64,000 bases of DNA, from positions 45,714-109,713 of the forward strand of contig CAZIVL010000001.1 in NCBI GenBank assembly GCA_964543035.1, in the 5' to 3' direction. Below are positions 10,202-19,603 of the stretch, in pieces. The stretch comes from an uncultured Gammaproteobacteria bacterium (lineage in GTDB: Bacteria > Patescibacteriota > Microgenomatia > CAZETR01 > Amesbacteraceae). Position numbers and translations under genes: made by a program. Under the pieces are notes generated by a model that did no database searches, had not been told where the DNA came from, and was given only the letters and a program-made list of their open reading frames with translations. Each line of letters begins with the position of its first letter. The stretch's first letter is position 1.

Positions 10202-10287
10202 TCACGTTTCGTCATCAAAAAGGGTTTTGTAATTTAGGATTTGGAATTTGTTTGGAGCTTAGAATTTAGTTTTTAGTATTTAATTTT
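10165..10287. repeat. Degenerate heptamer repeat tract at the nusA 3' end and nusA-infB spacer
   Basis: C/A-rich left half and TTAGGAT/TTGGAAT/TTAGAAT right half, roughly complementary. Confidence 0.55.
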
Positions 10288-11688
10288 ATGTTGACCAATC
10301 GTCCTCCCATCGTAGTCATCTTGGGCCATGTCGATCACGGCAAGACCTCTCTTCTGGATTATCTGCGAAAGACTTCAGTAGTCTCCCGTGAAGCCGGCGG
10401 CATCACCCAGCACATCAGCTCCTTTCAACTAATCACCAATAACCAATCACTAATCACTTTCATAGATACTCCCGGTCACGCCGCCTTTTCTAATATTAGA
10501 AGCCGGGGATCAAAGATCGCCGATATTGCTATCCTCGTTGTCGCCTCAGGTGATGGTGTCATGCCTCAGACAAAAGAGTCAATTCAATTTATCAAAGACT
10601 CAAAAATTCCCTTCATAGTCGCCCTCACCAAGTCCGATCTCGATACCGCATCTCCCGATCGTGTGAAAACTCAGCTCACTGAAGTAGATGTCATAGTCGA
10701 GGATTATGGCGGCACCGTTCCTTGTGTCGCAGTTTCAGCAAAAACTGGCGCCGGGATACCCGATCTTTTAGAGATGATCGATCTGGTAAACAGCATGAAT
10801 CCCGCCCAGGCCGACCCCGAAGCCTCATTGGAAGCAGTCGTCTTAGAAAGTAGCCTCGATCCCAAAAAAGGGCCTCTAGCCACAGTTATCGTCAGGTCTG
10901 GCACACTGTCCGTAGGACTTACGCTTTTCCAAAAATCTCAAGTTGGCAAAGTTCGCTCACTTATCGATTCAGATGGAAATCAGATCAAGTCCGCTCTTCC
11001 CTCCACTCCAGTCGAGATCATAGGTCTCTCCGAAGTTTTGGAAGTAGGTTCCATTATCTCCACCCAACCCATCCTCACAACCAATCCCACTACTCACCAC
11101 TCACAACCCGCTACCTCAAAATCAGGTTTAGTGAACCTGATTTTGAAAAGTGATGTCCTTTCATCGCAAGAAGCTATTTTGAGTAGTCTGCCCAAGGGAG
11201 TAAATGTTGTCTCATTCTCAACTGGCGATGTAAACGAGTCCGATGTCGCAACCGCCCAGTCGTCAGGCGCCACTATCCTGGCCTTCAATGTCAAAGCTCC
11301 CAGTGGGGTAGCCAAGCTCGCCGAAGTCGACCATGTTTCGATAAAATCATTCAAAATAATTTATGAGCTTCTCGATACAGTTGCTCGAATGTTTGCTCCA
11401 GTAGTCACGGAGACGGTTTTGGGTAGGGCTACTGTCGCCGCCGAATTCAAGATCAATGCCGATCGTATTGCCGGCGCTCGTTGCACCGAAGGGGTTATTT
11501 CCAAAGGGGATCAGATCAAGATCCAAAGAGGGGAGACTGTAGTCGGGACGAGTAGACTCAAGTCTCTAAAAACCAGCAAAACCGAAATTCCCTCTATCAA
11601 GTCCGGAGGCGAGTTTGGCGCTGTCTTTAGCCCTTATGTTGACTTTAAGGTCGGCGACATTATAATCGCCTTCAAAGTCACATCATGA
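10288..11688 (+). CDS. infB: Translation initiation factor IF-2 (no N-terminal domain)
   Basis: [37 protein letters not shown]. Confidence 0.97.
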   Translation: MLTNRPPIVVILGHVDHGKTSLLDYLRKTSVVSREAGGITQHISSFQLITNNQSLITFIDTPGHAAFSNIRSRGSKIADIAILVVASGDGVMPQTKESIQFIKDSKIPFIVALTKSDLDTASPDRVKTQLTEVDVIVEDYGGTVPCVAVSAKTGAGIPDLLEMIDLVNSMNPAQADPEASLEAVVLESSLDPKKGPLATVIVRSGTLSVGLTLFQKSQVGKVRSLIDSDGNQIKSALPSTPVEIIGLSEVLEVGSIISTQPILTTNPTTHHSQPATSKSGLVNLILKSDVLSSQEAILSSLPKGVNVVSFSTGDVNESDVATAQSSGATILAFNVKAPSGVAKLAEVDHVSIKSFKIIYELLDTVARMFAPVVTETVLGRATVAAEFKINADRIAGARCTEGVISKGDQIKIQRGETVVGTSRLKSLKTSKTEIPSIKSGGEFGAVFSPYVDFKVGDIIIAFKVTS

Positions 11689-12557
11689 GTACATTAGACA
11701 CTTCCCTCATCCAGCCCGTCCTAAACAGTTCCCAGACCTTTACTATTCTTATTCCCAAAAATCCTCTTTATGACCACGTGGCCTCAGGTCTGGCTCTCAA
11801 ATTGAGCCTAGAAACAGCCGGCAAGAGAGTGACTGTCGCCTGTCCCGACCCCATGACCGTGGAGTTCAACCGTCTGGTAGGTGTAGACGCCATTACTAGT
11901 AATCTCGGTGGCAGAAATCTCCTCATCACTTTCGGTAGTCAGACCGACGTAGTAGACAAGATCAGCTATCACGTCGAAAATGGCGATCTCAGGCTCGTCA
12001 TTACTCCCAAAGAGGGCGCCCCAAATGTAGATCACAGTCAGCTCCAGTTTGTTCCTGGCACGGCCAAACCCGAAGTTCTCATCTTAGTCGGTGCCCTCGA
12101 TCTTACCGATTTTGGCCACATCTATACCAACACCAAAGAGCATTTCCAAGCCTCCAATGTCATCGCTCTTTCCCACACTCCTCCTACCAATCAGTTTGCC
12201 CATTATCATTTTTCCGACGCTGGAGTCTCATCTTTGTGTGAGCTCACCACTCATTTTCTAAACACTTTGACCCTGACTGTGTCTGACGATGCAGCCACCA
12301 ATTTATTATCTGGCATTGAAATAACCACCGCTGACTTTAAGTCTCCGGCTGTTTCCGCCGGTACTTTTGAAGCCGCCGCCAGTCTGCTCAAAAAGGGCGC
12401 CAGGAGACACAATCCCATCAAGCCCTCCGATTTCCCAGCTGGCGCCATTCCCCAAGGGGATAGTACTCCCGGTACAGCCGAAAGAGTCCAAGAAATAAAA
12501 TCTCCTCCAGCCGATTGGGTCGGCCCCAAGATTTACAACAACCCACCACTAATCTAG
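11685..12557 (+). CDS. DHH-family (NrnA-like) protein, catalytic motifs degenerate
   Basis: Position after infB; D..ASGLAL, SSLCEL, ATNLLSGI...T..F pattern; canonical DHH absent. Confidence 0.65.
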   Translation: MSTLDTSLIQPVLNSSQTFTILIPKNPLYDHVASGLALKLSLETAGKRVTVACPDPMTVEFNRLVGVDAITSNLGGRNLLITFGSQTDVVDKISYHVENGDLRLVITPKEGAPNVDHSQLQFVPGTAKPEVLILVGALDLTDFGHIYTNTKEHFQASNVIALSHTPPTNQFAHYHFSDAGVSSLCELTTHFLNTLTLTVSDDAATNLLSGIEITTADFKSPAVSAGTFEAAASLLKKGARRHNPIKPSDFPAGAIPQGDSTPGTAERVQEIKSPPADWVGPKIYNNPPLI

Positions 12558-12558
12558 T

Positions 12559-12897
12559 ATGGCCAAAGTCTTATCATTTGAGGACGATTCAGACATGCGA
12601 AGTCTTGTTCGACATGTTATCAAATCAAGTGGGCACGAATTAATAGCAGAGGCAGATAATCCTTTCTCCGCCGTTGATGTAATAGCTAGATTTGCAGCCC
12701 AAGCTGGCATTGCTATCGTAGATGGAAATTTGGGATTCGGAAAAGACGATGGAAGTTTAGTGATCCAAGATTTGAAAGCTGCCAATTCAAAAATTATCAC
12801 AGTGGGGAATTCTCTTGATAGAGATGTTTTTGGGGCTGACCGCCAAGCTCAAAAAAACTTCAATTTGTTGAAAACTATACTGCAAGGTATAAGATAA
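12559..12897 (+). CDS. Single-domain response regulator receiver
   Basis: KVLSFEDD, IAIVDGNL. Confidence 0.7.
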   Translation: MAKVLSFEDDSDMRSLVRHVIKSSGHELIAEADNPFSAVDVIARFAAQAGIAIVDGNLGFGKDDGSLVIQDLKAANSKIITVGNSLDRDVFGADRQAQKNFNLLKTILQGIR

Positions 12898-12901
12898 CAT
12901 C

Positions 12902-13183
12902 ATGGCAGAGCGATGGCAGAGTAGTGCCCAAACATTAGTCAATCATGGAGCAGAGGCAGATGACAATGGGACAATTAGAGTAAGGCTTCCAATGGAACCT
13001 GTCCCAGTACAAGCTACACGCCCAACTCCACCAGAAATACCTGGCTTTGAAATTATTAGACGCGAAGGCGATTTCCCATTGCTAGTCAGGGATGGATCTT
13101 CGATCAAGCCCCCACCCGCCAAAGTCGTAGAGCCCCCTGCTCCCAGAGAACGCCAATACGTCGAAATGGAACATATATCCTAA
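12902..13183 (+). CDS. Hypothetical protein
   Basis: ORF only. Confidence 0.45.
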   Translation: MAERWQSSAQTLVNHGAEADDNGTIRVRLPMEPVPVQATRPTPPEIPGFEIIRREGDFPLLVRDGSSIKPPPAKVVEPPAPRERQYVEMEHIS

Positions 13184-13195
13184 GCACATTTAACA

Positions 13196-13280
13196 TGGTA
13201 TAATACCCACAGTCAAAAAGAGAACTAGCGTTAGTCGGTCTGGTTGCAGCACTCACTAACTCGCCCAATCTCTTTTTTTT
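13196..13280 (+). promoter_or_regulatory. rpsO promoter and structured leader
   Basis: TGGTATAAT 13196-13204; AAAAAGAGA/TCTCTTTTT outer stem, GTTAGT/ACTAAC inner stem. Confidence 0.6.
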
Positions 13281-13288
13281 CTAATTCT

Positions 13289-13323
13289 TTAGGATTTAGA
13301 TATTAGAATTTAGAATTTAAAAT
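13289..13323. repeat. Degenerate heptamer tandem repeat (TTAGAAT-like x5)
   Basis: TTAGGAT TTAGATA TTAGAAT TTAGAAT TTAAAAT. Confidence 0.75.
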
Positions 13324-13335
13324 CATTTTATAAAT

Positions 13336-13605
13336 ATGGCTCTAAACACAGACGCAAAAAAACAAGTCATCAACAAATTTGCCCAAGGCAAAGGGGACAC
13401 CGGATCTCCCGAAGTCCAAGCCGCTCTTCTGACCGAAAAGATTTTGAAGCTCGTTGAGCACTTAAAGGAGCACAAGAAAGACAATCACTCACGTCGTGGT
13501 TTGGTAAGTATGGTCAGTAAGCGCAGACGCTTGCTCTACTATCTCCAAAAGAAAGACGCCCCCAGACACAAAGAAATCGCCAAGAAGCTAGGATTATCGA
13601 AATAA
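13336..13605 (+). CDS. rpsO: 30S ribosomal protein S15
   Basis: [24 protein letters not shown]. Confidence 0.98.
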   Translation: MALNTDAKKQVINKFAQGKGDTGSPEVQAALLTEKILKLVEHLKEHKKDNHSRRGLVSMVSKRRRLLYYLQKKDAPRHKEIAKKLGLSK

Positions 13606-13609
13606 GTCT

Positions 13610-13900
13610 ATGATCGGGCTGTTAAGAGCTAGGGAATCAGCCGAAAGAGAACTTGGCAGAAGTGACATTGATCATCCTGTAGCACAACGAGTAAAAGACT
13701 TAAGTGTTGCAGATGCCCTCCTAACTGCTCTTAAAGAAGGAGTTAGGTCAGATGCAGCATTAGGTCTCGCACAAGACTCATTGGCACGTTTGAATACAGA
13801 GCTCACAGCCGAAGAAAAGCTCGTTCTCTCGCCCAAGGCGCGAGCAAAACTAGAAGCAGATGAACAGGAAATTAAACAAAAATTACAAAATATTAGTTAA
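13610..13900 (+). CDS. Hypothetical helical protein
   Basis: ORF between rpsO and pnp. Confidence 0.5.
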   Translation: MIGLLRARESAERELGRSDIDHPVAQRVKDLSVADALLTALKEGVRSDAALGLAQDSLARLNTELTAEEKLVLSPKARAKLEADEQEIKQKLQNIS

Positions 13901-14002
13901 TACTGTATAATACCAACTAACTCGAAGATTCGAGAGGTGCGAAGAGAACATTTTTTCTTCAGACTTCTTGAAAACAAACGCTTCGACAAAGAGTAAAAAG
14001 TA

Positions 14003-16225
14003 ATGAACAAAAATATAGTAACAAAAAAATTAACCGTAGCCGGTCGTGAACTATCTTTCGAAGTAGGTCGTTTGGCTGCTCAAGCCACGAGTTCAGTCCT
14101 GGCTCGTTACGGTGATTCCACCGTGCTAGCCACAGTCGTAGTCGGAAAAGAAGATCTCAAAAAAGATTACTTCCCCCTATCTGTCGAATATCAAGAAAAG
14201 TTATACGCAGGTGGTCGCATCAAAGGTTCCAAGTGGGTCAAGCGCGAGAGAAATACCGACGAAGATACTCTTTCAGCCAGACTCATTGATCGCTCGATTA
14301 GACCTCTCTTCCCAAAGAGTTTCAAAAACGAAGTCCAAGTCATCGTCATGGTCTTGTCCACCGACACAGACAACGATACTGATGTCCTAGGTATAAATGC
14401 AGTTTCCGCAGCTCTCGCCATCTCACCCATTCCTTTCGAAGGTCCAGTGGCAGCAGTCCGCATGGGACTCGAGAATGGCACTTTGGTTGTAAATCCCAAA
14501 AATGGCAATGCTGAAGGCGTAGATCTAGATTTGGTAGTCACTAGTACCGAGTCTCTCATCCCCATGATCGAAGCCGGAGCCAGCCAAGTATCCGAAGAAG
14601 TGATGTATCAGGGATTAGAGCAAGCCGTCGCCCAAAACAAGCTCATCATCGGCACTATCAACGAGCTCGTCTCGGAAGTCGGCAAATCAAAGATTGTTCT
14701 AAATAGAGCCGGTCCCGATACCAGTTTCGTAGCCGAAGTTGAGAAGATCGCCACTCCTCTTGTAGAAGAGTATTTAAAATCAGCCTCTCAAAAAGAAGGC
14801 AACAGTTTAGAAGATATCGTTTCTCAGCTAGCCGCCAAATATGAAGCAGCTCAAAAAAGCGAGATCCCAGGCATCATCGAAAACTTGGTGTACAAAGTTT
14901 TGCGCACCAATGTTCTGGAAAAAGATTTGCGTGCCGATGGTCGCAAACTAGATGAGATTAGACCCCTAGACGTCCAAGTGGGAGTTCTTCCCAGAGTCCA
15001 TGGATCGGCCATCTTCCAGAGAGGCCAGACTCAGGCTTTGACTGTTACTACCCTTGGGGCCCCGTCTCTTGGTCAGTCTACCGAGAGTGCCGAAGGAGAG
15101 GGCAACAAGCGCTACATGCATCACTACAATTTCCCTCCCTTTAGTACCGGCGAGACTGGCAAAGTGGGCAGTCCCAAGAGACGTGAGATTGGTCATGGCG
15201 CCTTAGCCGAGAGAGCTCTCATCCCAGTTATTCCATCCGAAGCCGAATTTCCGTACGCCATTCGCGTAGTTTCCGAAATTATGAGTTCCAATGGATCATC
15301 TAGTATGGCCTCCTCATGTGGATCCACCATGTCTCTTATGGACGCCGGAGTTCCCTTGAAGGCTCCCGTCTCTGGTATCTCGACTGGTCTTATCACCGGT
15401 TCAGACTATCCCAAGAATCCAAATAGTTACAAGCTGATCACGGACATTATTGGTCTTGAGGATCACTATGGCGATATGGATTTCAAAGTAGCAGGTACTA
15501 GTACAGGCATCACAGCTATTCAGCTGGATACCAAAGTTGCCGGTCTTACCCTGGACATTTGTAAAGAGACTTTTACCCGCGCCAAGGCCGCTCGTGCCGA
15601 AGTGCTGAAAGCCATGTTGGCAGTTCTGGCCGAGCCCCGAAAAGAAGTAGCCGCTACCGCTCCCAAGATCAGTACTGTTCAGATCCCAGTGGACAAAATC
15701 GGTGAATTGATTGGCCCCGGAGGCAAAAATATCAAAAAACTCATGGCCGACACCGGGACAACTGTAGATGTAAATGATGCTGGCAACGTCTTTATCTCAG
15801 GCGTAGATGCAGTTGGTACTGCCAAAGCTATTGCTTTTGTGACAGGTCTTGGCAAAGAGGCTCAGCCCGGAGAGATCTACGAAGGTACAGTCGAGCGCAT
15901 TCAGCCATTCGGTGCATTTGTAAACATTCTTCCCGGCAAAGACGGTTTACTGCATGTCTCCCAGATGGCCGAAGGCTTTGTCTCAGATCCAAATCAATAT
16001 GTAAAAGAAGGTCAGACGATCAAAGTCTGGGTCGTCAGTGTGGATGACCAAGGCAAGATTGCGCTATCCAGTTTGTTCGACGAAGCAGGAGTCCCAAAGC
16101 CCAAAGCTCGTGAAGAGCGCGCTCCTCGCCAGGACTTTGCTCCCCGCGGCGACCGTGGTGATCGTGGTGACTTCAGACCTCGCCCCCAAGGCCACTTCTC
16201 AGCCCCCCGCCGCCGTGGATTCTAA
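14003..16225 (+). CDS. pnp: Polyribonucleotide nucleotidyltransferase
   Basis: RLIDRSIRPLF, HYNFPPFSTGE, RREIGHGALAERAL, SNGSSSMAS, GDMDFKVAGT, KH and S1 domains. Confidence 0.99.
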   Translation: MNKNIVTKKLTVAGRELSFEVGRLAAQATSSVLARYGDSTVLATVVVGKEDLKKDYFPLSVEYQEKLYAGGRIKGSKWVKRERNTDEDTLSARLIDRSIRPLFPKSFKNEVQVIVMVLSTDTDNDTDVLGINAVSAALAISPIPFEGPVAAVRMGLENGTLVVNPKNGNAEGVDLDLVVTSTESLIPMIEAGASQVSEEVMYQGLEQAVAQNKLIIGTINELVSEVGKSKIVLNRAGPDTSFVAEVEKIATPLVEEYLKSASQKEGNSLEDIVSQLAAKYEAAQKSEIPGIIENLVYKVLRTNVLEKDLRADGRKLDEIRPLDVQVGVLPRVHGSAIFQRGQTQALTVTTLGAPSLGQSTESAEGEGNKRYMHHYNFPPFSTGETGKVGSPKRREIGHGALAERALIPVIPSEAEFPYAIRVVSEIMSSNGSSSMASSCGSTMSLMDAGVPLKAPVSGISTGLITGSDYPKNPNSYKLITDIIGLEDHYGDMDFKVAGTSTGITAIQLDTKVAGLTLDICKETFTRAKAARAEVLKAMLAVLAEPRKEVAATAPKISTVQIPVDKIGELIGPGGKNIKKLMADTGTTVDVNDAGNVFISGVDAVGTAKAIAFVTGLGKEAQPGEIYEGTVERIQPFGAFVNILPGKDGLLHVSQMAEGFVSDPNQYVKEGQTIKVWVVSVDDQGKIALSSLFDEAGVPKPKAREERAPRQDFAPRGDRGDRGDFRPRPQGHFSAPRRRGF

Positions 16226-16240
16226 ACCTTGCCCCCAATT

Positions 16241-16756
16241 ATGTCCGAGGTTTTAAACCATTTATTTCAAGCATTTACCCCGGATGAAAATCAGTTACGC
16301 TTCGTTGGAAACGCATTTGCTATTCAGGGCAGAGACCAAAGATTGTTGATCACTGCCAAGCACGTAGTCAAAAAAAAGAGACCTTTAGTTTTCAAAGCGT
16401 GGAAGTCGGATGAAACCTTCGATGATTTACGGTTTACCGGTCGGGGCTATTGGAACGACATTGCTCACGCAGTAATTGGAGGTTTCGGAGGTTTAGAAAT
16501 AGAGAGAAAACTCAAGATCTATCAAACATTGTCTTTAGTATCTCTAATTGACCATAGTTTGTATGAATCCACTTTAGCTATTCAGTATTTAAGGGGGTCT
16601 CAAATCGGATATTCGAGATCAAGCGGAAATCGTATTGGTATCCCAGGATCCTCAGGATCCCCAGTTCTTGACGAGCAAAACAACGTGGTTGGAGTACATT
16701 GTGGAGCTATTGATCTGGCCTCCGTCGTATGGGGAGTGGCCTACAGATTGAGATAA
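16241..16756 (+). CDS. Trypsin-like serine protease domain protein
   Basis: LITAKHVV (His), NDIA (Asp), GSSGSPVLD..VVGVH (Ser). Confidence 0.75.
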   Translation: MSEVLNHLFQAFTPDENQLRFVGNAFAIQGRDQRLLITAKHVVKKKRPLVFKAWKSDETFDDLRFTGRGYWNDIAHAVIGGFGGLEIERKLKIYQTLSLVSLIDHSLYESTLAIQYLRGSQIGYSRSSGNRIGIPGSSGSPVLDEQNNVVGVHCGAIDLASVVWGVAYRLR

Positions 16757-16786
16757 TTAAGTTGTCAATTGTAGTAAACTAATTAC

Positions 16787-17830
16787 GTGGAAGATCAACT
16801 CACAGCGGATATCGCAAAACTAAAAGCCCGTGTGGACGGCATCAAGCTCCCAGATGATTTGAGAGAAAAAGTAGACCTGATGTTGGCTCGTCTTGAGCGC
16901 CAGGCCAAATACGGTGGATATTCTCTGGAGTATGAGCAAGTCAGTCATTACATCGACTGGGTAGCGAGTCTCCCCTGGGACATTTCTACCAAAGATATTT
17001 TGGATCTCGGTCACGCCAAGCAAGTTCTGGACTCACATCACTTTGGTCTAGAAGATGTCAAGCAAAGATTTTTAGAATATCTCTCGGTACTTTTATTAAA
17101 CGAGCAAACCAATCCCAATTATCACGCCCCCATATTACTTATGGTGGGCCTTGTGGGTACTGGTAAGACGACTCTAGCCAAAAGTCTGGCCGAGTCCATC
17201 GGTCGCAAATTTGTCCGTATCCCGTTTGGAGGCATGAGTTCAGCTCTAGATCTCAGAGGTCTCTCTCGCACTCATCCCGAGGCCGAGCCAGGTCAGATCA
17301 TCAAGGCCTTAAAGCGTGCTGGTTCCAAAAATCCAGTCATTCTCTTAGATGAGATCGATCGTATCGCCCCCTCAGCCCACGGCGAGATCATGGGTGTACT
17401 TGTAGAGCTTCTGGACCCCGAGCAAAACGCTGGTTTTGTAGATCATTATCTCGATTATCCAGTCGACTTGTCTCAGGTGTTGTTTATAGCCACCGGCAAC
17501 AATACGACAAATATCAGTACCGCCGTCATGGACCGCCTGGAGCCCATCACCATGCCTTCTTATACCGATGAAGAAAAGATTAGGATTGCCAAAGATTATA
17601 TTTTCCCCTCCGAAGTAAAAAGTTCCGGTCTCCCAGAAGGCGCTCTTACCATTGACGAAGCTGTTTGGCCCAAGATAGTGAGACCCTTAGGTTTTGACGC
17701 CGGTATTCGCACGCTGGAGAGGACCATCCAGGGCATGACCAGAAAAGTCGCTATGCAAATAGTTGAGGGCAAAGCCCAAAAGATTCATATCAACGACCAA
17801 AACGTAAAAACCTTCCTGCCCAGTTATTAG
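16787..17830 (+). CDS. Lon-like AAA+ ATPase lacking N-terminal and protease domains
   Basis: HFGLEDVKQRFLEYL, GLVGTGKT, NPVILLDEID, LLDPEQN..FVDHY; ends before the protease domain. Confidence 0.88.
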   Translation: MEDQLTADIAKLKARVDGIKLPDDLREKVDLMLARLERQAKYGGYSLEYEQVSHYIDWVASLPWDISTKDILDLGHAKQVLDSHHFGLEDVKQRFLEYLSVLLLNEQTNPNYHAPILLMVGLVGTGKTTLAKSLAESIGRKFVRIPFGGMSSALDLRGLSRTHPEAEPGQIIKALKRAGSKNPVILLDEIDRIAPSAHGEIMGVLVELLDPEQNAGFVDHYLDYPVDLSQVLFIATGNNTTNISTAVMDRLEPITMPSYTDEEKIRIAKDYIFPSEVKSSGLPEGALTIDEAVWPKIVRPLGFDAGIRTLERTIQGMTRKVAMQIVEGKAQKIHINDQNVKTFLPSY

Positions 17831-17840
17831 TAAATAAACT

Positions 17841-17880
17841 TGTCATCCTGACCCCGCAGCTGCGGGGGAAGGATCCAGTA
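17841..17880 (+). repeat. REP-like palindrome copy
   Basis: TGTCATCCTGACCCCGCAGCTGCGGGGGAAGGATCCAGTA. Confidence 0.9.
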
Positions 17881-17887
17881 TCACCAA

Positions 17888-18109
17888 ATGAAAATAGTCC
17901 AGAACAAAAAATTACTCATAGGCTTAATCATTTACTTGCTGATTGGCATAATTTGGATGTGGACTGGATATACAAAATCAAACGCTCTGTTAATCGGTAT
18001 AGGCGCCGAGCCTGCTCCACTCGCCCAACTTATTACTAGTCCGTACATATATCTTTATATCCTCTTCTGGCCATTTTTTGTGTTTACCAATTTTCTGCAA
18101 ACTATATGA
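17888..18109 (+). CDS. Small hypothetical membrane protein
   Basis: Two TM segments. Confidence 0.55.
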   Translation: MKIVQNKKLLIGLIIYLLIGIIWMWTGYTKSNALLIGIGAEPAPLAQLITSPYIYLYILFWPFFVFTNFLQTI

Positions 18110-18606
18110 AAATCGCCATTCTGTCAGACATTCACGACAATATTTGGAATCTTGAAAAAGCCCTTCCGCTTATCAAGTCCGCTTCCTGCAAAGCTCTGAT
18201 TTTTTGTGGTGACTTTGTCGCCCCATTTACTGCCAATCTAGTTTTCGAAATAGGCCTTCCCATTTATGCCTGTTTCGGCAATAACGACGAGGACCACCAC
18301 GCGATCGCTAGAAGATTAAATGCAACTCAATTATTTGCTTTAACTGATGAATTCGGAGAAGTCGAATTAGACGGCAAAAAGATTGCTTTCTGTCATTATC
18401 CAAAACTAGGAGAGTTACTAGCAGGTACTGGGGAGTACGCAGCCGTTTTTCATGGCCACACTCACGATGCTTATAACAAAAAAGTAGGGGAAACAATCCT
18501 AGCCAATCCCGGTAGCATCTGCGGTATCCAGGGTGGCAAGCCAGGTCTCGCCTCCTTCGGCATCTACGACACGACTGCTCATTCTTACGAGCAGATCACC
18601 CTATGA
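18106..18606 (+). CDS. YfcE-like metallophosphoesterase
   Basis: SDIHDN, CGD, GNND, HGHTH, NPGS. Confidence 0.93.
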   Translation: MKIAILSDIHDNIWNLEKALPLIKSASCKALIFCGDFVAPFTANLVFEIGLPIYACFGNNDEDHHAIARRLNATQLFALTDEFGEVELDGKKIAFCHYPKLGELLAGTGEYAAVFHGHTHDAYNKKVGETILANPGSICGIQGGKPGLASFGIYDTTAHSYEQITL

Positions 18607-18860
18607 AACTAATTCTGGCTATCCTTCTATGTATCAGCATAGTAGTTTTTTCTATCACACTTTTTATGAATAGCAGTTTCAAAACAGTTACCTACAAAAA
18701 AGCCAATCCAAAAGTAATTGATGCGTACAAAAAGCTAGAGGAAGAGCGTTCCAAGGGGAAAAGCATCTTTTTTACCCCAGTCCCAGATGATGTTTGCTTC
18801 GCCAAAGAAATATTTGGGAAAAGACTATTCGAAAGATGTATCAGCTACACTGATCTATGA
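18603..18860 (+). CDS. Small hypothetical exported protein
   Basis: N-terminal hydrophobic segment. Confidence 0.5.
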   Translation: MKLILAILLCISIVVFSITLFMNSSFKTVTYKKANPKVIDAYKKLEEERSKGKSIFFTPVPDDVCFAKEIFGKRLFERCISYTDL

Positions 18861-18880
18861 CCACCAAACAATTCACCACC

Positions 18881-18960
18881 GTCATCCTGACCCCGCAGCA
18901 GCGGGGGAAGGATCCAGCTTATTTGTCCTATTCGACCCAACCGACCTATTTGTCATATGA
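18881..18960 (+). repeat. REP-like copy followed by degenerate 9-mer tandem repeat
   Basis: GTCATCCTGACCCCGCAGCAGCGGGGGAAGGATCCAG then GTCCTATTC GACCCAACC GACCTATTT GTCATATGA. Confidence 0.85.
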
Positions 18961-19598
18961 CCACACAGCAAAAGATTGAGGAACTAAACAAGATTGCCCA
19001 GGAGATCAGAGCCTTTAAGGGCTTGGATATCGCCAAAAATGCCAAAAATGCCGTTCCCGGCGAGGGCAGTCCTGATGCCAAGATTTTATTTATCGGCGAG
19101 GCCCCCGGCCAGGTAGAGGACGATTCTGGTCGCCCGTTTGTAGGCCGGTCTGGCCAGATGATGCGCACTGTTTTGACTGAGACTACTGGCATCAAACCGG
19201 AGGAAGTATTTATCACCAATATTGTGAAATACCGCCCTCCAGACAACCGGGATCCGTTTGATAATGAGATCGAGGCCTGTCGAGACTGGCTAGATCGCCA
19301 GATTGCCATCATTGCTCCCAAGATCATTGTCACCCTCGGGCGTTTCAGCATGGCCAAGTTCATCCCCGGCGTCACTATTTCAAAAGTCCACGGAATCCCT
19401 CACAACTCACAACTCACAACTGACAACCTACAACTAAAATTTATCGTCTTCCCCATGTTCCATCCCGCGGCTGCACTTCGCGGAACTGGCACCATGATGC
19501 AATTTAAGGGAGATTTTGTTAAACTGTACACACTTATCAACCCGCCCGCTCCTACCACTTCCCTAATTCAAGAAACAGTAGAAGAAGTACTCGCCTAA
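18957..19598 (+). CDS. Uracil-DNA glycosylase family 4
   Basis: VPGEG, FIGEAPG..ED..GRPFVGRSG, RPPDNRDP, FHPAAALR. Confidence 0.95.
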   Translation: MTTQQKIEELNKIAQEIRAFKGLDIAKNAKNAVPGEGSPDAKILFIGEAPGQVEDDSGRPFVGRSGQMMRTVLTETTGIKPEEVFITNIVKYRPPDNRDPFDNEIEACRDWLDRQIAIIAPKIIVTLGRFSMAKFIPGVTISKVHGIPHNSQLTTDNLQLKFIVFPMFHPAAALRGTGTMMQFKGDFVKLYTLINPPAPTTSLIQETVEEVLA

Positions 19599-19603
19599 AT
19601 TTT

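Noticed and set aside
10288-11688. Pseudogenes (short infB and alaS)
   Set aside because: Reading frames and catalytic motifs are intact; the shortening fits genome streamlining.
17841-18917. Integron cassette array
   Set aside because: The repeats lack RYYYAAC/GTTRRRY attC ends and no integrase is present.
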